64,000 nt of DNA, from positions 42,222,001 through 42,286,000 of the forward strand of contig OZ024756.1 of NCBI GenBank assembly GCA_964016885.1. The letters are read 5' to 3'. Position 1 is the first letter of the stretch, and each line of letters begins with the position of its first letter. Below the pieces are notes generated by a model. That model saw only the letters and a program-made list of their open reading frames with translations. It was not told the DNA's origin and made no database searches. The stretch comes from Eledone cirrhosa (lineage: Eukaryota). The position numbers and the translations under genes are program-made. Shown here in pieces: positions 58,650 through 64,000 of the stretch.

Positions 58650-60037
58650 AAAAGGTGATATTGAGGAAAAATCGACCTCCAATATTGGAGAAGTACTTCT
58701 TTTTATATCGACCTCGAAAAGATGAAATACAAAGTTGACCTCAGTAGGATTTGAATTCAGAGTGCAGAGAGTTGAAATAAAGCTACAACACAATATTTCC
58801 AAACTTCTAACAACTCAGACAATTTGCATCTTTCTTTTCAATGCTAGATAAATGGTTTTTAAAACTGACAGCCAATACAATCTTTTATATTAGCAGATTT
58901 TATTTTATAGGAACAGACTTTTAGGCTTGTTAGAGCATGTTAAACTGCAGATCAAAGTCAAGGTAACATTTCTGAGAACAAGCTTTCACCTGCAGTAAAT
59001 TAATTACATTGAAAAACTTATGCTGAGATTTATGACTAGCCTAGTTTTCCTGCTTTTTTATATTGATGTTATTCATGTTGTGGTTAAAGAAACTGTAGGT
59101 AACAGCTAATCTATAAATAATTGTTATGAAAGACTATAATCAGGGTTGGTGCTAGCATTAAGGTCAACTAGGCAGCCACATAGGGCCCAGACCTCAGAGA
59201 CGTAGATTACTGAATCTTAGAGCGTTACAGTTTTATACAGGGCCAGTGCTACCATAAGGTCAACTTCACACATGCACATATACATGGGTCCAAACATCTA
59301 TTTTCCATGCTTCATAAGACACCATTTTTGTTATACTCAATATATTGCTACTAAATTGTAAATACTTAAGCATTAGTTGTATAAGATGTATTGAAACATT
59401 TGTAAAGCTATTAAATTAGTTTGAGGAATCTATTCTGTCATTTCAATTTGTTATATATATATATATAAAGAGAGAAATATAGATAGATATCATTCTTTAT
59501 TTGCCACAGGGGCGTACAAAAATGGGACATTACAAGACGTGACGGCAGGGTTTTTACATAAAATCTTCAACAATGATGAATAACAATAAACTATATATAG
59601 AATAAAACAATCGAAATCTCCATTAAGGGGGAACGTTACTGCGGGGTTGTTTTACACCCCGTGGATAGAACAACCCTCAACACCAGGAACACGTTTTGTA
59701 GGTGTTCCCGTCTTCCCTCTGTTTATCTTCCTCAACCTACAGGTTTATATACAGAGATATAGATAGGGGACCATATATGAGAGAGAATACACAATATATT
59801 GTATATATACAATGCACATATTTCAAAGGAAAATATGTGCTCTACATGGAATCAATAGAGTTCGCATACAAATATGCATATTCATTTGTATGTACCTATC
59901 CATGTGTATAAATAAATGTGTGTGTGTGCACACACGCACACACACAAAGAACGTTTTCAATGGCAGCTTCTTCAACAAATGATATTTTTGTGCTTTAATA
60001 GAATAAAAAAAAAATGTCGTTTATTTTGCATTTGTAG

Positions 60038-60172
60038 CAAAAATTGAAGGAAGAGCGAGAAAATAAGAGAAAACAGCTTGACAACCGTCATTGGTATATT
60101 CTACAAATAGTCGCAGACTGTCTTCAACTGGAAAAAGGAGATGTGGAGGACAGCATTCTTGAAGGAACACAG
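60038..60172 (+). CDS. DNAH5: Axonemal dynein heavy chain, DNAH5-like, exon 2
   Basis: tttgtag|QKLKEERENKRKQLDNRHWYILQIVADCLQLEKGDVEDSILEGTQ|gt resembles human DNAH5 [42 protein letters not shown] (recalled). Confidence 0.9.
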
Positions 60173-60296
60173 GTAGATTTTATTTAACATTTTTATTCCT
60201 TTGTAATCTTGCTTTAATATTTTGATATATTTTAGCATCTTGGTGATACAAAGCTTGTACTGTTTCTCCCTACATTGAGTACACTTTTAATTTCAG

Positions 60297-60384
60297 ATTG
60301 AAATTATCCACAGATTCTTGGAAGCAAATGGTTCAAGGCAACTCCTTTTCTATTACCAGGAACCAACTTTAGAGAAAACTCCAG
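60297..60384 (+). CDS. DNAH5: DNAH5-like exon 3
   Basis: tttcag|IEIIHRFLEANGSRQLLFYYQE...|gtaatt; phase 0 to 1. Confidence 0.9.
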
Positions 60385-60996
60385 GTAATTAGTTCTATTT
60401 TAGAACATTTCCTTTGTAATATCTCAAGAGGTAACAACAGGTGAAGAGTTCTTGACTTCTTCACAAATAGAGTTTTTTTGTTAAGAAAATGCTTCCATTA
60501 AACAAAACAAAACAAAACTGTAAACATCAATTTATGTGTGTATACAAACCCTTCCACTGACCCAGACGATATTATGGTAGATCTTGTATTAAAAGTGGGT
60601 TAAAATATTACAAAATGTACAGAAGTCAATTTTTTTCCTCTTGTGTGACAGTATGGTAATAAAGAAGCAACACATAGCTACAGCTTCAGGGTATGACCAA
60701 GGACCAAAATTTTAGGCTGGTACATTAGGAGACAATTCATTAACCACATCTATTGGTTGAAGAATTTAACTCTTTTCTGTTGATATTTTTAATATTATTA
60801 CCATGTCAATTAATTAAATCATTTTAGTAAATCCCTCAAAATTATTCCTTATTTCATTACTAAGATATTAACTTATACAAATGAAAGGTTTTGTTTCATA
60901 GAATCGGACTTTTTTTTATAGGATTCGTATAAGAAATAAAGGAATTATAATTTTCTTTAAAAAAAAAAAAATGAATTCTAATTTTTATCACATCAG

Positions 60997-61154
60997 ATAA
61001 CATTCGTCTTGGAGTTTCCATGAATCGTGTAAATCGTCCAATAAAAGCCAAAATATTTGTCACTGATGGTAAAGAACTATCTCTGAGGGGAACAGGCTTG
61101 CTCTTTATAAAAGTTAATACATGTAATGACCTTACAGAAGTTAATATCGCCAAG
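60997..61154 (+). CDS. DNAH5: DNAH5-like exon 4
   Basis: KAKIFVTDGKELSLRGTGLLFIK...NIAK|gtaaag; phase 1 to 0. Confidence 0.88.
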
Positions 61155-62095
61155 GTAAAGTTTCAAATGTTATATATTGTTATTTTGTTATTTACTATTT
61201 ACTGCAATGTTAAAAATATTTTATTTCAATTCTGGTTGCCAAAGTAGTTTAATTCTTCAAAACTTGACTTGGAATTTTTTTTATCATGTTGTTTAAAGTC
61301 TTTAATTTTAAATCTAATACTGAAAATTTCCACAATGATGTGTCCATTAGTTAAAAGATTTTTATTCAACAAACCACATGAAATTACATTCATGAAAGAC
61401 ATTCTTGAAAAATTATAAAACATCACTGTGATAAATACAAATTTAAGGGTCACAACGCGAGCCAAACACCTTAACCCTTTAGCATTTAAACCAGCCATAT
61501 CCGGCCAGAATTTTCTCACCTCTTTCTGTTCAAACAAACCATAGCCAGCAGCTCATACTTATGTTAAGGTATTGTTCTTAAAATAAATAATATAAAAATC
61601 TCGTAGCTTTGATATTGTGTGAGATAATTATGTGAAATAAAGTGTTTACTGTGAAAATACAGTAGTAAATATAGAGTAAGGTAAATGCTAAATGGTTAAC
61701 CAGCAAGCGCTCACGACTTCACATAATAGGATGTTGATGGTTAACACCATTATATGATAGAGGAGGATGTTATCATTTTTAGAATGTTGAGACATTATGA
61801 AGTTAATTATATAAGAGCAGAGGATTGGCAGAGTCAGTTGAGCATTGGACAAAATGCTTTGTGGCATTTAGTTATGACTATTTATGTTTTGAGTTCAAAT
61901 TCTGTCATGATCTACTTTGCCTTTCATCCTTCTGGGGGTCTATAAAATAAGGTACTGGGGTTAAATTTAAGCAATTATTTAAATTTATTAAGACTTTTGT
62001 TAACATATTTCTAATGCCTCTTCATGATTATTTGCAAGAGTAAGATATATTTGCAAGCCAGTAAGATATATATTTGTGTTTTCTTCTCTCTCCAG

Positions 62096-62306
62096 GAGGT
62101 AAATTATATGCAGTTACATGCCAGTGGCTCCAGTGAATACAGCAACAGTATCTTAAACTGTCTGGAGAGTTTATTATCAAATATATTCATCCCGGCAGCT
62201 TGCAGTGATCAAAATGGCTGGGGTGAGCTGGATGTTTACCGGCAAGGACAGAAGTTACAGAACAATTTCTTTAATTCAATGTCTTCCTTTGTTTCGGTAT
62301 TGTCAG
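62096..62306 (+). CDS. DNAH5: DNAH5-like exon 5
   Basis: ctctccag|EVNYM...LLSNIFIPA...GWGEL...FVSVLS|gtatga; phase 0 to 1. Confidence 0.92.
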
Positions 62307-62387
62307 GTATGAACTTCAGTTTTGTTGTTATGGAAGGAAGCAATCAATGAGGGATAGCTGTAAAGTTTATAGGCTGACTATGAAGAA

Positions 62388-62560
62388 GATAACCATAGTT
62401 TTAATGACCTGTTTAACAGAAGATAACCATAGTTTTAATGACCTGTTTAACAGAAGATAACCATAGTTTTAATGACCTGTTTAACAGAAGATGTACATAT
62501 TTTAATAGCCAGTTTAATAGAAGATAAACATGGTTTAATGACCTGTTTAACAGAAGATAC
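62388..62560. repeat. 33-bp intronic tandem repeat
   Basis: gaagataaccatagttttaatgacctgtttaaca. Confidence 0.85.
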
Positions 62561-62839
62561 ACAAATAATAAAGAATTTAAAAGTGTTTTAATAATATAAA
62601 TTTCTCATCCTAAAGTTTGTGGTGTTTGGAATATAACTTAACAAAGGTTCTCACATAAAAGTATAACAAGAATTTTTTATATTAATATAAACATTTCAAA
62701 ACAGTTTTGTATCCTAGAATGACCAGCAGTTTCAGGCAGTTCTGTAAAAATACTTTATTAATGGACAAATTTTTAATTTATAATTCATTTTAAAATTTGT
62801 AATTGTGTATCTGAAGTATCAGGTGATTTTATTTGACAG

Positions 62840-63003
62840 GAGCCCAGGATAGTGTTGGAGAAAAAGTGACATTACAACGGTTCAAACCCATGAATAATAT
62901 GCAGATATTTTCAGCATCTGGTTACATGGCTTTGGCAAACAATGGTGAAGCTTTGGAAGAAATTGAAAACATCATTAAAATTTGGATAAAACAAGTTGAG
63001 CAG
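62840..63003 (+). CDS. DNAH5: DNAH5-like exon 6 (gene continues beyond the window)
   Basis: tgacag|GAQDSVGEKVTL...ALANNGEALEEIE..IKIWIKQVEQ|gtgaat; phase 1 to 0. Confidence 0.92.
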
Positions 63004-64000
63004 GTGAATTTTCATCTGTATCATCATCATAATCATCATCATCATCCTCCTCTTTACGACCATCATCTTAACACTCACCACATTTTTTATCATCATCATC
63101 ATCCTCATCATAGCCATCCCCATCATAGCCATCATCATAATCATCATCATCCTTTTTATGTCTGTTTTCCATAAATTGAATGAGTCTTTTCCAGCAGAAG
63201 GGGAAATCTTGTAACCTCAGTCCCTTGACAACGGAATTGGGATAAAGCTCAGCTTGATTGATGGTCCCCTGGGTTTAGAGGATAAAAGGGGACCAAAGAT
63301 GTCTCATTAATGACAAAAAACCTTGGCTCAATCTTTCTAATTAATCTATCTTGTTAACAATCCTATCACCCACAAACAACTTTGGCTCAATCAGAGATAC
63401 GATAAATTAGAGTAGAAATAATTTGATATCTCACTTAATAATTAATTAATCTCGTCTAATGAAACATCTCAATTATCATAGAGTTTAATCATGAAACTCT
63501 TCGTCATGTTTTTCTTTTTCTCTATTATACGAGTGTTGGATGAAAAGTTCATAGGCTGACCAAGATACTCTCATGGAATGACCAAATGAGGTTTATTTTT
63601 CAACATAGTCCTTAGAAGGAAAAAATACAGTTATTGCAAAAAAGAGTTGAAATTAATGTATGCAAGATTTCACAGCTCTAGTATCACTCCTTCTTAGTCA
63701 GCTTATGAACTTCTCAGTCTAAAGTTGTATGCACCTTATTCATGGCACAAATCGTATCCTATTTCAATAACAACAAAACAGTTTTAAGTAGGTTTTCAGA
63801 TTTATATCCTGGTTGAACAGAAGACATAGAATCAGCAGCTTCGTATAATAATAATTGTTTCTACTTTAGGCACAAGGCCAGCAATTACCCAGTGCATTAC
63901 TGGTACTTTATTTTATCGACCCCGTAAGGATGAAAGGCAAAGTCAACCTCGGCGGGATTTGAACTCAGATCGTAAAGGGACGTAACTATGCATCAAAGCA

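Noticed and set aside
58911-58962. AG...GT bounded 52-nt candidate dynein exon
   Set aside because: Has a stop in phase 0 and cannot join either first exon in frame

Overview
Very AT-rich, microsatellite-dense animal genomic DNA. The SINE families and huge (TA)n tracts resemble an octopod cephalopod (inference from recognised repeat motifs, no search run). Three protein-coding loci were assembled by hand with phase-consistent GT-AG introns. (1) A 7-exon minus-strand gene (18877-8271, 652 aa) with a harmonin-homology domain and two PDZ domains (whirlin/harmonin/PDZD7-like). (2) A minus-strand alpha-kinase-fold protein (35330-34524) that appears to lack its catalytic residues. (3) The 5' end of an axonemal dynein heavy chain (DNAH5-like, exons 60038-63003) with two candidate first exons (45047, 53492). 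The rest is repeats: tRNA-derived SINEs, RTE/CR1/R4 LINE relics, mariner/piggyBac/Merlin-like MITEs and minisatellites. The main signal the ORF track does not explain is a dense population of about 20 minimal hammerhead-ribozyme motifs from about 9 sequence families. They sit in short elements embedded in (TA)n tracts, often as foldback (inverted) pairs. One family shares terminal sequence with a Penelope-like GIY-YIG endonuclease fragment lying in the loop of a ~500-bp-arm palindrome (1758-3170). Most long ORFs in the supplied track are microsatellite artefacts. Repeat boundaries are approximate.
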